Assembly: GCA_976551045.1 (NCBI GenBank) | Contig: CDPCPM010000007.1 | Span: forward strand, 8,618,001-8,682,000 | DNA from: Glaucostegus cemiculus | Taxonomy: Eukaryota | DNA length: 64,000 bases | Direction: 5' to 3' | In this document: piece after piece, positions 35,791 to 50,444 of the stretch | Layout: each line of letters starts with the position of its first letter | Numbering within the stretch: position 1 is the first letter of the stretch | Notes under the pieces: model-generated | What the model was told of the DNA's origin: nothing | Database searches by the model: none | The model's input: the letters and a program-made list of their open reading frames with translations, nothing else | Made by a program: the position numbers and the translations under genes

Positions 35791-38700
35791 TGAATCTAAT
35801 ACATGCAGTGAAATGCTGTAAAAATGCAGGAAAGGGAAAGTACAATTAATGTGGTTTGGATGTAGCAAACATTGTGGATGGCAACATGGGCAGCTGATAA
35901 AGAAACATGATGCGTGTGAGAAAAAATGTGCATGACATTGTTTTTTAATGATTTCTGCAAGAGGACAAAGAAGAAGATAGCAGAAGTCCATGGAACGGTC
36001 ATGATGAACCATGCAGAGGCAGAGACAGGATTCAGATTCAGAGTATCTGTTGAACATCATGTACCTGGTGCCAAAGGAGGACAATTCTGTGGAAGGAACA
36101 CCATTAGATGTATCTACACCAAGATGTTAAGGGAAAGCGTGACAAGTGACATTTCAACTTGACTTAGGTACAACATGCTTCCTCTTTCTGCCATCAAGCT
36201 TGAGGTGGTGCAGTTGAAACCAATTAGTCATATTCTAGTTATACACAAGACTCCACAAAAACTCTATTAAGGTGATGAACCAAAGATATGAGTCCTGTGA
36301 ATAACAGAGGGTGTTGGACTAAAACTATAGCAGGGAACTTAACCTTAGCATGTAGGAAACAGAAATAACTTTCCTTCTGACACACAAGCTCGACATGGCT
36401 GCAATGTAGAACATCAGAATGGGAATAATATTGCATGTTACAGCTATGACAAGTACCAAGAGTATTTCAGGGGTGTAGAGAGGTAATAACATCTGTACTA
36501 AAAGCTCTAACTGCAGGTAAATCCAAAATGAATTAAATTATCCAGTCAATTTCATAATCTGAGTATGAAGATCTTGCTGATAATAAAGTGAATTGGGAAG
36601 GAAGGTTTGTCAGATCCAAATTAGACAAGTGCTTGGGACACAGAAGGCAAATCAGATATTTAGGCTTAGATGTGGACAGTTCAGGTAATACATTCACTTA
36701 AGAACCATTCTGCCAAAAAGGCTTGGGGTATTCTGATGCTTATCTCTCACAACACTCACAATCCAAATTGCATCAGTAAACTTGCTTCTGTGGAACTGCG
36801 ATCATCAAGGGCCAAGAAAACAGCCCTTGAAGTGCTGTGAGTATACACTTGTCACATGGTAACAAAATAAAGTGGGCACAAAAATGTTCCTAAGAATCAC
36901 TTTGTAACATACAATACCCATGAAACCTGCCAGTAATGAATGTTCTTGCTTTTCCAATGTACTTGTCTTTACATGGAATTAATAGGTACAAGATTTTGCA
37001 GAATTCAGTTGGTGGCATAATGTTTGCCCTGACCATATGATAATTGACTAACTTTGAATCAGATGAAATGGTTATAGTATTGAATACAGGATGTCTGCAA
37101 TTGCATTGACACATGTGACTTCCTCAATTAAAACAAGAATGCATTTGCTCAATAAACTTCTCATGTAGCACTGACACACCTTCAGATGGCAAATTGCCAA
37201 GTCATAGGATGTTCTTTATTAACGTCCAGATGAATGATTCTTTGAATAATTAAAGTCCGCAGAGTGCAGTAAACTACAAACAATCTACTACTTTGCATGA
37301 TCCTCTAAATTTTTCTTATCCATTTTTTTGAAATGGATGGACCTGTGGGTCTTCTAGAACACTGCATCAGTCACCTCTTGAATGCAGGTGGACATGGTGC
37401 CTTATCTTATATACAAGAAAATAAATCATCTGCTGGTGCCTGAAAGAACCAAGTAGCCAGAAAATTAATGGCTGCTCTCGCTGACAGGTGCAGGCAGAGC
37501 AGTTTAGAGTTCTGATGCTTCTCTACGTCAGCTTCCAAGCTCCTTAACAAAACAAGCTTTTCAGAATATCCAAAGCCTTACTATTGCTATAGGCATAGTG
37601 TGGATATCCAAGAAAGGAGTTACTAAGCTCTTATTTTCAGTACTTTGTTCCGATGTGCCCACCCAACCTTTTCCTGTTACAACTCTAATGTTGGAGCAAA
37701 TAGTGCAAATTCCATTTTTTCTCTGATTGAACAACAACACAAAGTATTTTAAAAATATGACACAAATGTACTTTATGGAAATAATTAAGTGCAGCAATGT
37801 TAATAATTTAAATTAGCTCCATCCTTCGATCCTTCACCCACCTACCTGAACACTTTAGAAACACAAAACAACATTGCAGTGGACGTATATCAGAATCTAT
37901 GAATTAGCATGACTAAATCCAAAGTAAACCAATACAATCTTAACACCGAGATGGCCAGCTACATATTGGGAGTTTCACATAAAGTGGCTGACGAACCACA
38001 AAAAAATCCCAAAGGTTAAACAAATCTATGAAAGAAAGTCTTATAAAAATTAGAACAAATTTGAAATGCAAAAGTTAATGTTTTTGGGGAATCAAAGTAA
38101 AGGGAAAAAGTATAATTCTCCAGAATGGCGTTCTGAATAACCAAACATTTGAGGTGTCGTTTAAAATGAACTGATGAAAAAAAAATGTTTCCACAAAACT
38201 CATTGATCATAAAGAGTCTGAAAGATTCCAATTTGAAAACTTGAAGGAGTACATACCATGTTTTTTGTGGAGGCTTTAATTATGGGATTTAATTCTTTAG
38301 TGTGTTGAGAAGACCATAAATAAAGGGTGGTATTTTATGTTTGAGGAAGGTAGTTAATTTGGTTAAAATATCACATGAATTTCTGCTGGAGATGGAGGGC
38401 CTATCAGGGGTAGGATCGGCTGCTTCCTGTAGATTGGGAGCCTGATGAAGCACAGGGAGGTTGGGGCATAGGGTGTGGAATGTTGTTATGGCATAGTGGC
38501 AGCTGGCCAGATATTGGCACATTGTTTAAAGGTTGGGGGCATTGAGGCTGGGGGTCATGGAGCTGGTGGAGTGGGAAATCGGAGAGTCATGGAGGTGAGA
38601 TTGGTGGGGTGGAGCCTCAAATGATAAGAAGTAATTAATGGGACTTCCATGAGGTGAGTCAATGCCTAGAATAGCAGTATTAAAACTTGGGGGTGCTGCA

Positions 38701-38859
38701 ACTACACAATGACGCATGCTTCCAGAACAGTGTGGACTAATCTCTGTAGCATGTGGAATGATATTATTTGATGCACTTCTGATACCAAAACTATGTCTGA
38801 TGTGTGAATGATTTGTGACTGGTCAAGTTTCCAGATGGGTATAATTCAGTCTGGAAATG

Positions 38860-40090
38860 ATTTTCAGAGACAAATCGATTCATATGTGCTGGGGAAAACA
38901 AAGTAGTACTATTGCAAAAGATGGTGATCCCAATATCCCTTGGGACATGGCTGCCAGATTGTGTCTGTTGCACGTGGTGAGTGAACCAACATGTGAATTA
39001 CTTGACCTAATGCTCACCAATCCACTTTTTGCAGATACATCTGCCTTTGACAGCATTGATAGAAATGAACAATGCGCAGGGCGTGTGAAGAAAAGGTCTT
39101 GTCTTCACATCACGGACATCCTCCTATCATGCTAAGCGGGATAGGACAGATTTGGTACCTCAAAACTAGGCATCCAAGGGGTACTGTTGTTCATTGTTTA
39201 CAGCAGAAATATATTCAGTCGCAGTCTGTAACTTAATGGCCCATCATACTCCTTAATCTCGCATTATGATCAAGCCAGGAGATCAACCCTGCTTCATTGG
39301 GAAGTGTTGAAGAGTATTCCAGCAGCAATGCCAAACGTAACTAAAAAATGAATTGACAAATTGGCTAATCTCCAAACTCAGGACTATGCAGGCGCTAAAC
39401 AGCAAAGACAACATGCAGTAGACAGAGCTAATGATCCTATAAGTAATGGAGCAGCTCAAAGCTCTACAGTCTTGCCACATCTAGTTATAAATAGTGGTGG
39501 ACAATTAACCATTTAATGGGAGTATACCAGCTCCAAGACTATCCCCATCCTCAATGATGGTGGTGCCCAGCACGTATCAAAGACAAGGCCAAAGCATTCG
39601 CAAGCATGTCCAACCAGAAGTGCTGAATAAATGATCCATATGAACATCTTCCTGAGATCTTCAGTTAACCTGATTCACTCCACATGATCTGAAGAAATGG
39701 CTGAGAGTACGGACGCAGCAAAGATTATGGGATCTAGCAACATTCCAGCTGTAGTACTGAAACGATGCTCTGCTGAACTAGCCTCACCTCTAGCCAGGCT
39801 GTTCTTGTACAGTCCACACACTGGTATCAACCTGACAATACTAAAAATTGCCCTGGTGAGTCCTGCCCACAAAACAAAAGACAAAAGCAGCCTGCTGGTT
39901 GCTGCCCAATCAATCCACTCCCAGTCATCAGCAAGGTGATGGACGGTGTGTACTTGACGCAAGTTGGAATACTCTCCATTTGCCTGGATGAATGCAGCTA
40001 CAAAAACATTGACATTATCCAGGACAAAGCAGCTAGTTTGATTGGCACCCCACGCTGACCACCATCGTAAACATTCATTCCCTCATCGGC
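38860..40090 (+). mobile_element. CR1-group LINE fragment (endonuclease end to RT), same family as 30020-33355
   Basis: ORF 39697-39939 AKIMGSSNIPAVVLKRCSAELASPLARLF..KIALVSPAHKTKDKS matches the LINE RT N-terminal motif KA.GPDNIP..VLK.CA.ELA.PL..LF. Confidence 0.8.
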
Positions 40091-40804
40091 ATTGTAGCAC
40101 CCAGTTTGCACGTGCCAGTGACAACCATTATGAAGCTATGGACTTTTTATTCAGTGCCAACCTGTTATAAGATTGGATGCTGATTGGAGGGGAGGCAGAT
40201 TGTAAGCCCTACCTTCAAACCTCTAAAATATCCTTAACCTCCCCTTTGTTAGAGGAATGAAAACAATGCTGTGTTCTAGGCCCTATGTTCACCTTGAAAC
40301 CACCCTGAGGAGGTCCTTTAGCTTAATTTTACTCAATGTACTGGCTTCCAAAAATGTGTACATCTTCCAGTGAACATGTGTACATCTTCCAGAGGGACTG
40401 AAGATGTGACAACATTTTTTGTAAAGATTTCTGATCCATTATTTGGACCCCAACATTTTCCCATGCAGAATTTACAGGAGTAGGGGAGGTGCAGGTGAAT
40501 CCTAATGTTATGTAAGAATCTCAATGAAAATGACAAACAGCCAGAATAAACAGTTTTTGTTTGTTGTTTAGGTGGGTTTGCCAGGAGTCATCATGGGGCA
40601 TTAGTGAAAATGCTTTGGATCCCAGAGGCACCGTGATTTGAGCAAGGTAGAATGATATCTGCGTTAAATGGAAAACAAAATGAAATTAGCAACAAGAACA
40701 TTTAAGACTATGTTGTCATGGAGAAAGTTGTTCCCATGGACAGCTTCCAATGAATATGTCAGAGAAACCAGTGTTTAGAAATTCATCCCTGTTCAATCTA
40801 GCCA

Positions 40805-41296
40805 GTTGGTTTATTGTCACATGTACCGCGAAAAACTTGTCTTGCATACCGTTCATACAGATCAATTCATCACACAGTGCATTGAGGTAGTACAGGGTAA
40901 AAACAATACAGAATGCAGTGTGAAGTGCCAGCTACAGAAAAAGTGCACTGCAGGTAGATACTAAGGTGCAAGGCCATAATGAGGCAGATTGTGAGGTCAA
41001 GAGTCCATCTTGTTGTACTAGGGAACTTTTCAATAGTCTTATAACAGTGGATAGAAGTTGTCCTTGAGCCTGGTGGTATGTCCTTTCAAGTTTTTGTATC
41101 TTCCACCTGATGGGAGAGGGGAGAAGAGAGAATGTCCAGGGTGGGTGGGGTCTTTGATTATGCTAGCTGCTTTACCTAGGCAGCAAGAAGTATAGACAGA
41201 GTCCATGGAGGGGAGGTTGGTTTCCATGATGTGCTGAGCTGTGTCCACAACTCTCTGCAGTTTCTTGCAGTCACGAGTAGAGAAGTTGCCATACAT
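40805..41296 (-). mobile_element. Rex1/Babar-like LINE 3' end (subfamily B)
   Basis: ORF 41039-41326 YGNFSTRDCKKLQRVVDTAQHIMETNLPSMDSVYTSCCLGKAASIIKDPTHPGHSLFSPLPSGGRY; reverse complement similar to 62497-62972. Confidence 0.9.
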
Positions 41297-42345
41297 GGAT
41301 GATGTAGTGACATCAGCACATTTCATTCCACCGTGACTTCCATGGAATGGAATGAAGAAGCGATGGATTACTGGGAAAGCATCATTTAAAAGGCCTCGCT
41401 GGATATTTCACATTCAATTGCTCTATAATTTTAATTCATCCATAAAACCAGCACCAATTATGATATTTTTGATAATGCTCCTCTTATCTTTAATATGATT
41501 TGTTTTGTTGGCTGAGAAGAATAATTTGGACAAGGGAGAGTTGAAGATGAGTTTTGATAAAAGTATTAAAAGTAGCTCAGTGACATAGTGTACATGAAGA
41601 AGGGTGTATATAGGAATGAAATGGGGGTGCTAATATGATCATCCGTCAAATTAAGAATTCATGTTCACTGCTATGATAATTTTTGCAGGAGCAAAAAATT
41701 GTATTAATTTAGAAACTTTACATTACTTCTCAGTTGATGTGCACTGTATAATGTTCTTGAGACACAAGCCAATGGATTCTACATTAACTAAAATGATACT
41801 AAACATATGGTTTATCCTGGTGTGTATTCAATGCAAGAAACTGCAGGTTACAGAGAATGCTTGCCAACTAATGCTTTAGAAGACAATGCAAAATGTTAGA
41901 TTCAATTGATGTTGAGCATCTTCTAGTTTTGTCATCTGAAATTTACTTTTAAGTTCTGGATTCTCCTCTTTGATCCTGCCCAAAGTGGACTGTGATAGTG
42001 ATAAGGAATGAAGCCCGCTCTTTGACTTGGACTTATCCCCAGTTAGTTTTCTTCTCTGTCCACCAAAGGTGAGTTTGAGTTGGGGCTTATTCCCCACAGT
42101 AATTATCATGTCTTCCTAAAATTGTGGAATTTGGTCCCAAGAAACGAAAAGGACTCATAGCATGGAAATGGGCTCTTTGAAAGACCTTTCTGGTTAGTCC
42201 CATTTCCTTGCTCTTTTCCCTGTTCATAATTACTCTATCTCAGGTCTAAACTATTGATAATAAAAGATTAAGATAGTCCTCTTGCTTATGTTTTCCACTG
42301 TTGGTAAATATTGTTATAATGGTGCCCATTGTTTGGGCATTAACA

Positions 42346-43113
42346 GAATCAGAATCAGGTTTATTATCACTGACGTATGTTTTGAAATTTGTTGTTTGGC
42401 AGCAGCAGTACAGTGCAAGACATAAAAATTATGATGTTACTAAAATAATAAATAAATAAAATTGTGCAAAAGACGAATAACCAGGAAGAGTTCATGGGGT
42501 CATGCACCATTTAGAAATCAGATGGCAGAGGGGAAGAAGCTATTCCTGAAACGTTAAGTGTGGGTCTTCAGGCTCCTGTACCTCCTCCTCAATGGTAGTA
42601 ATGAGTAGAGGGCATGTTGTCCCAGATGGTGAAGGTCCTTAATGATGGATGCCGCCTTCTTGAGGAACCACCTCTTGAAGATGTCCTCGATGGTGGGGAG
42701 GGTTTTGCCCGTGATGAAGCTGGCTGAATCTACAACCCTCTGCAACCTCTTTCAATGCTGCACATTGGAGCCTCCATACCAGGTGGTGATGCAACCATCA
42801 GGATGCTCTCCACCGTACATCTGCAGAGATTTACAAGAGTCTTTGATGACATACCAAATTTCCTCAAACTCCTAATGAAGTCGAGCTGCTAGCTTGCCTT
42901 CTTTGTGATTACATTAATGTGTTGGGCCCAGGATAGATCCTCTGAGATGTCGACGCCCAGGAGAGTCTGGTGTGTGTTCTCCCGACGTCCCCTTTTTGAA
43001 GACCACAATCAGTTCCTTGGTCTTGCTGACGTTGAGTGTGAGGTTGTTGTTGCAACACCATTCAACCAGCCGATCTATCTCACTCCTGTATCCCTTCTCA
43101 TCACCATCTGAGA
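42346..43113 (-). mobile_element. Rex1/Babar-like LINE 3' part, second copy of 30785-32038
   Basis: Direct similarity to 30785-31565 (aatcagaatcaggtttattatcac...gatggatgccgccttcttgagg), with a short internal deletion near 42960. Confidence 0.93.
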
Positions 43114-43629
43114 TTACAGTCAGGCTGGGATTTTATGTGATAAGCATATGCAAACATTTTAAGTATGTCTTGCACTGACCACTGTATTGAGATGGCAGTG
43201 GGATGCTCATAGACACTGGAAATTTGCAGCGATGGTAGGTTATAATGTCACTTTTTGTCTCACGCTGATTTAATGCCAGTGCTACCAAATTGGACCCTAA
43301 TGAAACAGCAAATTTTCTAGGATTCAGTCACTGTACAACAGTCCTGCCATTTGTCAACAAGAAGGGATCCCTCCCCCTACCATACCCACAATATCTGGGT
43401 TATTTAAAGGGCATCTATTTTTCACAGGCCTGTGGAGATTGATCTTCAGGAGTATTAATTATAAAGAATAGATGCATTCCTTGGACATTTCTGAAGTATT
43501 TAGGATGTCACAGTAGGTGAAGTTAGGATTGCATTCCTGCCTCTGGACAAAATCTGGTGCAGCAGGACAGGGTGCTTTGGTGTTTATACTACTTGGTGTC
43601 AAAGTGGCTGAGATTAGCCTGCAAGAAAA

Positions 43630-44360
43630 GGTAGGAAGAGGAGGGGAGAAGGACTTCTGGCAGGAGAACCTATCCACCAGGAGAGTTCAAGGAGCAGTTC
43701 TCCAATGGGCACCTTAAGGTGGAGCAATGTGTCATGAGATTCAAGTTCTCCAAGGTGATGCTCAGCACCACATGTCACATCCTGTGCAGAGCAGGGGCAA
43801 GACTACATTGCCATGGCAGTAAAAATGATGGTGACCATAACTGGATTTGTCCCTGGATCTTTTTATATTCATCCTGGTGTGACTAGCGTTCACTTTTAAC
43901 TTGCAGCATGTTGTCATTAAGGCTCTCTGCTCCAGGAGAACTGAATTCCTCTTCTTTTCCATTGAGAAGCAACAGCAAGCAACTTGTGTGTATGGATCTT
44001 CAAAGACTGAGGACACACACACACACACACAGAGAAGATTACACTCACACAATCTTAGGGACAGCACCTAAGAATCCCAAGGTGTTTGGAGGTGGCAAAA
44101 CATTTCACTTCCTGGATATCCAGCACTCATACACAACAAAATTATTACAGTGAATGCCCGACACTAAGGGAGCAGGTAGAACTCATTGATCTTGCAACAG
44201 TCCAGTGTGCCTTGTATCCTTGTGCCACTGTGCCATATCAAAAGGGGGCTGCTGTCAGAATCCTGGATGTGCACTTCCTCTTAACACAGAACAATCGTGG
44301 TAGGGCAGGAGAAGAAGAGGAAGGTGATTGGCAGAAGGAATGGCAGCAACATGAGGAAAT
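43630..44360 (+). mobile_element. PIF/Harbinger transposase fossil (N-terminal to catalytic region), frameshifted
   Basis: Pieces RRTYPPGEFKEQFS..EQCVMRFKFSK..TCHIL; MAVKMMVTITGFVPGSF; KALCSRRTEFLFF; EDYTHTILGTAPKNPKVFGGGKTFHFLDIQ (cf. IDCTH..RAP..NRKGFHSLNVQ); ILQQSSVP. Confidence 0.8.
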
Positions 44361-44399
44361 ACATTTTTATCTAATGGCTAGTCGTGACCTGCTTGAGTG

Positions 44400-44560
44400 A
44401 GAGGTGAAAGTAGATTTCATGGTCACTTTTGAGAGGGAATTAATAGGTACTTGAGGGAATAAACTTGGAGGGAGAGTGGGGATGGGACTGACTGTTTTGC
44501 CATTGCAAAGAGCCAGCATGGCCTTAATGGGCCCAATGGCCTCCTTTTGTGCTGATCTGA
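44400..44560 (+). mobile_element. CR1 LINE 3' tail fragment
   Basis: gagccagcatggccttaatgggcccaatggcctccttttgtgctg CR1 3' terminus. Confidence 0.65.
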
Positions 44561-46439
44561 TTTAACATTTCTAGGCAATCCATCTGGGACTTGGGTCTGC
44601 CCTGGAGCTCAGTTTTTACATGTTGGAGGGGGAAGAAGTAGCCTGCAGTGGGTTTGTCTGAGGGAGGAACTCTGGCTTGGGGCTGGAGGCTTGACTGCTT
44701 CCCCTACAACATTTTCTGACAGCCTTTGATTTTGCACAGGATTAAAGAAGGGGTTGCCTCCCCTACCCCCTCCCTTCAACCCCCAGACCCATAACAAGTG
44801 AAGAATTATTATTGGGAAACATAAATTTCTGTCAAGCTTAAGCAAAAAAAGTTTGACCTTTCCTCAGATGGTGGACAGATGCAGAACCTGAAAATAAAAG
44901 CTCTATCCACTGAGGAAATCATCTTTTCTTGGACCCAGAAACCCTTAACATGGGGTTTAAGTCTGATATGCTGCTACAGCCACTCTTACCTTCTGTATCC
45001 GACACAAATAACACTGAGGGCAATCCTGGTTAAAATGACATGATTTTGATGGGTGATTTAATCTCCCATCATTGTCTTGTTTTCATTTCCAGTACTGCTG
45101 GGGTGAGAGAGGAGGTGAGGTTGAAAGGGTTTTCATATGATCACTCCTTATTTTCAGCGGCAAATCACAGCAATTGCAAAGAAGAGGCAACACTTCAGAA
45201 AATTTGGGTCCGCATCATTTTGGCCACATCAAGACTTTTTTTGATACAACAAGAAAGGCAACAATCCAAGGCTGGCATTTATATCTGGTCTCAAGACTTC
45301 CTTTGTGAGCTTCCCTGAAATGCGAACTGAGGCATAAAAACCATGACATTTCATCCGTGCAAGAAGGATATTGGATGAAATTGATGGATCATCTCTGCTA
45401 GCATAAGGAATCTGGGATCAAACAATTTCACTGACCACACTTGATAAGTGACAAGCTGTGAAAAAAAAAGTAATTTTCCCTTAGAAAAAGATAGCATTCC
45501 AGCTATCTTTCATTCAATTAATAAAACAGAATATGTAATAATATATGAAGTTCACAAAGAAAAAAAATATAATTGGAGTTGTAAATATTGCAACTAATTC
45601 AGCTAAAATCTTTTAAGTGACAGAAATACTCGTAAGCAATTAGTAGAGGCAGCTGACAGAACAGGTATGTGGACCGCATGTTCATTCAATCAGCTCTTTG
45701 AAAGCTTGTTCTACAAAACTATTGACACAATTTGAATAACACAAAAAAATACTGAATTATTTATTTAGTCTGCATCTTAATAGTTGAGCATTGGCAACAA
45801 AATATAATTTGGAAAAAGCTTGAGTCAGTTCAACAGGGTGTCAGTATCTTAAAGTGTAAAATATGAAAAACTTGTCTTGATGTTTGAACACAGCTGAAGA
45901 AATAAATTAATTACTTCAAAAATTAATTGAATATTTCATTGGAAAATAATATGCAGGTGCAAGCAAGATTTAAAAAGTATGACATTTAACTTTGACATTA
46001 ACTTACAATGTGCAACAGCTAAACAACGGGCAACTTTACAGCACGGCTAGTTTAAAAGGGAATTTGAGGATAGGCTTGAAATGGGCAATCAGGTCATTGT
46101 CACCCATTTTATGCTACTGCCTGGTAAACTTTCAAACCAAGTGCTATAATTTATATTGTAGGCTTTACAGCCAGATTAGAGGTGACCAAAACTATGAATT
46201 CAAAACAAAGAATAACAGTTAACATTCTTCCATTCATGTGAGATTATATATATTCAAGTAACTTTGATGAGGCTTTTAAAGTTCTATACTTATACTGATG
46301 GACAGATAAGCAGATTCTTGAAAGACAGAGTCTCCAGAAGTGCTTCAACTGGAAGTCTCATTGGCTGATGACACAGGGTGCTGTACAATACTGTAACCCT
46401 GCATATGGTGATGGCATTTACTATGGATCTATTCAAACC

Positions 46440-46730
46440 ACTAATTGTTATGGCAGTGTATCCGGACCCACAGCTAATGTTGCCATCAGCTACAGATTCC
46501 CATGTCATAATCAATATCGATGACTTTCACTTGCCTTTTAATAACACCCTTACAGTGGAGCTATGGGCATCTTACCAGTCTTTCAGCTCAGGCTACCTCC
46601 CCACACAGCATATCCTTGGGGATGTGGCCATCCTTTATCCTGTGCACATGCTGAGCCAGCATAGTCGTATTTGCTTGATGAGTGTTGAGATACTTGGCAT
46701 CTTTACTTCAGAGAGAGCATCGTTATGCTA
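46440..46730 (-). mobile_element. RTE-clade LINE fragment
   Basis: Minus-strand pieces PSISTLIKQIRLCWL, HVHRIKDGHIPKDMLCGEVA, TWESVA match the RTE C-terminal motif RLRW.GHV.RM.D.RIPK.LLYGE. Confidence 0.75.
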
Positions 46731-49700
46731 GAGACTTTTGCCTTTGTATCTCAACATAATTAATTATCAGATGAATATGCACAGCAAAAGAAGCATGATT
46801 ACACCTACTGTACAAAATTGATAATATAACAATTGCCTTTACCACTTCCAGGAACTAAAATTTCAAATTATTTTAGGTATGCTCACAGGTTAGACCTTCA
46901 CTGCCTGCTCTTTTTTTAATATCCCTGTGGCATTGAATTTGTTAAACAATCACATGTGAGTCTCATTTAATGAGCAGTCTCCTGCCTCCCTGCTGCAACA
47001 CTCATTGAAATGGCCACTGTCTGTAGTCAACTAATCGTTATTAAAAATACAGAAGTTGCTCATTCTCTGACACAAAAATAATTGTTTTAATGCTGTCACT
47101 TTGACAGATATACACAATGCATACTCTTCTCTTTTAAATAAGAGCAGTTCAAATTATAGACTTTCAGACACAAATTGTATATATTTAAATGTACATTAAA
47201 ATATATAATTTGTTTTTGAATAATGAATTGCAATTTAAGGAAGTGGCCATTTTATATCTCTCATTGACAGTGGGGCTGGTTTAATTCTTTTCATTCAAAT
47301 TTTTAAGCTTAAAAATTAGGGTGTTGTGTCTTTGATTCTTTATTGTTTGAACTGTTGTATTGTGTCAGGTACAGAGACTGATATATTTATGAGCTGATCA
47401 TGCTAGCCACAGTATTATGGGTGGTCAAAGAAAGGCAAGAGCTGGCTAGAGTAGCAATTGGAGTATTTAACCTCAATATGCCCAATCCTGTTGTTTTCAC
47501 ATCTTCAGGTGTGGTGGAGGCATAGGGAGGTTCATTTCTTTTCCTGCCAAATACAAGAAGTGTGCTCAGTACAAACCTTGCAGTTAATGACAGCCATTAC
47601 TGAAATTGCAGTAATAGCATTTTCTGATATATAAAAGGAGATGGGCTGAGGCAAGATTGCTCCTTTAAGTAAATACCTGCATCTCAATAAGATCCGAGGA
47701 TATACATTGTTAATGCTTTGAGGAAGTTGAGGTGAATCAGGTATGTCACCATTTAGCAAGAATCATTTATTATGCCAATGAGGGCACGGCTACTGAGACA
47801 AGTTGTAAGTTGCAGTGCATGTGTTGTCTATATGCATCACTATTTCTTTAAGATTTTTATAGAAAGATTTTGTCAGTAAATTATTTTCCTACAGCAATTA
47901 TTATGGAGAAAAATGTGTGCATCTATTAACTAGATTTTCTTTTTGAATGTATACAAATTATTTGATTCACTAATTGATGAAATTGTAAAGAAATTTGGTG
48001 TCACTTTAAAAAAAGTCCAACAAATACGCAGAATAAACAACATCAAAAAGCCACAGGGTTTCTTTATCAGGATTCATGGCATTCTCAGTTAATTCCAAAA
48101 CCATACCGCCTAGTCACAAATCCTTACAGTTGCACAGACTCATGAGCAGAAAAGATTGATGACTGCGATTGCAAGATTTATCCTGTACTGTTTACAATAA
48201 GATTTCTGAGATGAAACCTGGTTGGTCCTATCACACTGCCCACAGAACACTAGGCTTGCTGTGGTAATTTGTTCTGATGCAGTAAATAACTAGGCATAAT
48301 GAAAATACGCTGATGTATTCCACAGTCTGATTGATGCTCTATGTGTGATACAGCAAAACCAGTGTACTTCCTACGACAAATTTACATACAGAAAACAGCG
48401 CTGTGGGCATGACAATAGCAGCAGCTGCTGGAGGTCTACGCCATTTTTAAACAGTTATGAATTACTTTTGACCCCTTTGGCCTTTTATAGTAGTTTTCAA
48501 GACCCAGCCTTATTGGAAGTCATCAGTCTGAAGCATTCATTCTTCATGGTACTGGGTTTGAGTGGGGGTTGGGGCTAGGAGGCTCCTCCTGCTTCTAAAA
48601 TATGGCTGTGCTGATGGTTCGCTCAATCAGCATCCCCTTGCTGACACCCCATGAAAATTTGTGCAAAGATCATACCCCGTCAAGCTCTTTAATCAGGATC
48701 ATTCATTAGGCCTTTGCCTTCTTTGACGCTATGCACTGCCTTTATTATATGCACTGACTTAGCTGTCTAAAGAAAAGGACAATGAAAGGTTACTGGGGGA
48801 TAAAAGCATGCACGCTACTCACTCATGTTTCCTTTACAGACACCTCTTCAATAATTAACCAAGGGCTTTCTTTGGCCTTTTCGGCCTTTGATGTGCATAT
48901 CAAACATAAGACCTAGTTCATATTTTACGGATTATTTAATGCACAGATTTGCTCTTGAATGCAAATACAAACTGATTGCCTGCCTTAAAACCTGACATTA
49001 AAAAAAAGAAATTAAAAGTCAACCACAACAGGGAACAGAGCTGCCGAAAGAAGATGAATAGTTCTGAAAAAAATTAGTGGGACTGCTTTATATTAAAACC
49101 TTTGTCAGATAAAGGAAAAAAATGGTTTAGTTTATAGTTCAGAGGTGACATTGATTAGAGAAAGGAAGGAAACAACAGATCAAGAAATAATTCAACACAT
49201 TTCTACTGTTACCTTTGAGGATGACTACAGATAGCAATGTGTTCATTAGGAATAGCTAAAGTAAACAGCCTGTCAAAAGAACCAAAATAGACATGGTGCA
49301 CATTTTGGTTATTTGGAAAACTGGGTGAGAACCTACAAGCTCAAAGGTAAAGAAAGAATACCTTCAGTTTTCCAATCCAATTAACCATTTAACTTCCAGT
49401 AGATTTACAGTTTTTAAGATATTAATGGAATTACTATAAGACATGGACAAATGCTTTTCCAGTCTAAATCTCCGGATATAATATGATTTGTGTAAACATT
49501 TGACAGTGTAGAATTTATACAATTTCACAAAAGAACCAGAAGGTTTACTTTACAACAGTATTTTAAATTAATAACTAACCTTAAGAATCAGAACTAGAAG
49601 GTGGAAGACCAGGAAAGAATGATAGCATAAATATATATGTACATTAAGTTGTCACATAAGCATAGCTGCCAAGGGGTCCTGCTGGAAATCATAAATCATG

Positions 49701-50444
49701 GCTTTAAACTTTACTGTAATTGAAAGTATATTTAGTTAAAAATTCAGACATTTTGCTTGTAATTGTATGCATTTATTCATTTAAACCAATGAGTTCTATG
49801 AAGTCCATTCCTCCATACAAGTGCAATTTTAATTTAATTACCATATTAAACTGAATTTAATGCTCACATAATCATTCCAATAACTTTATCCTGGAGAAAT
49901 GTTTTAAACACCTGCGCATAGACTGAGCATATCCCTCAATAGGGCCCAAATAGACATAACTTCCTGCTCTCTTTATTATCAATATATGCAGCGTCGCACA
50001 AAACAGCATCAACACTGGCCTTCTACTTTATTCCTCGGGCATGACACCAACTCCAAGGATTTTCTTACATCCTTCATATGTCAGAATATAATGACACACA
50101 TCCAGGGAAGTTCTCATCAGGCTTCTTCCAGTGAACACTTCCTCAGCATGTTTCATTCAGATTCTTTGTCAACTGCTAATAGTAGACAATTGCTAAGGTA
50201 TGCTATTCTTTGTTGTAACATAGCTTTGATCTTATTGTTTATAGATCCATGTTGGCTTCGGTATAGGAATGTGATATAAATTAACTATGTATTCACAGTA
50301 ATTCCAAGAAATACACACTGGCCAGCAAGAATTAAGTTGATCTGAATTTAATTGGTTTACTCAGACTTGACAAGCCCCATCCTTAGTGGGAAACAAAATC
50401 AGTGGGAAAGCCCTTCACAATGCTATTCCATCAAACATAACCTT

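Noticed and set aside
40354-40392. Direct repeat ATGTGTACATCTTCCAG x2 as target-site duplication or regulatory repeat
   Set aside because: Only 5 nt apart; an ordinary local tandem duplication
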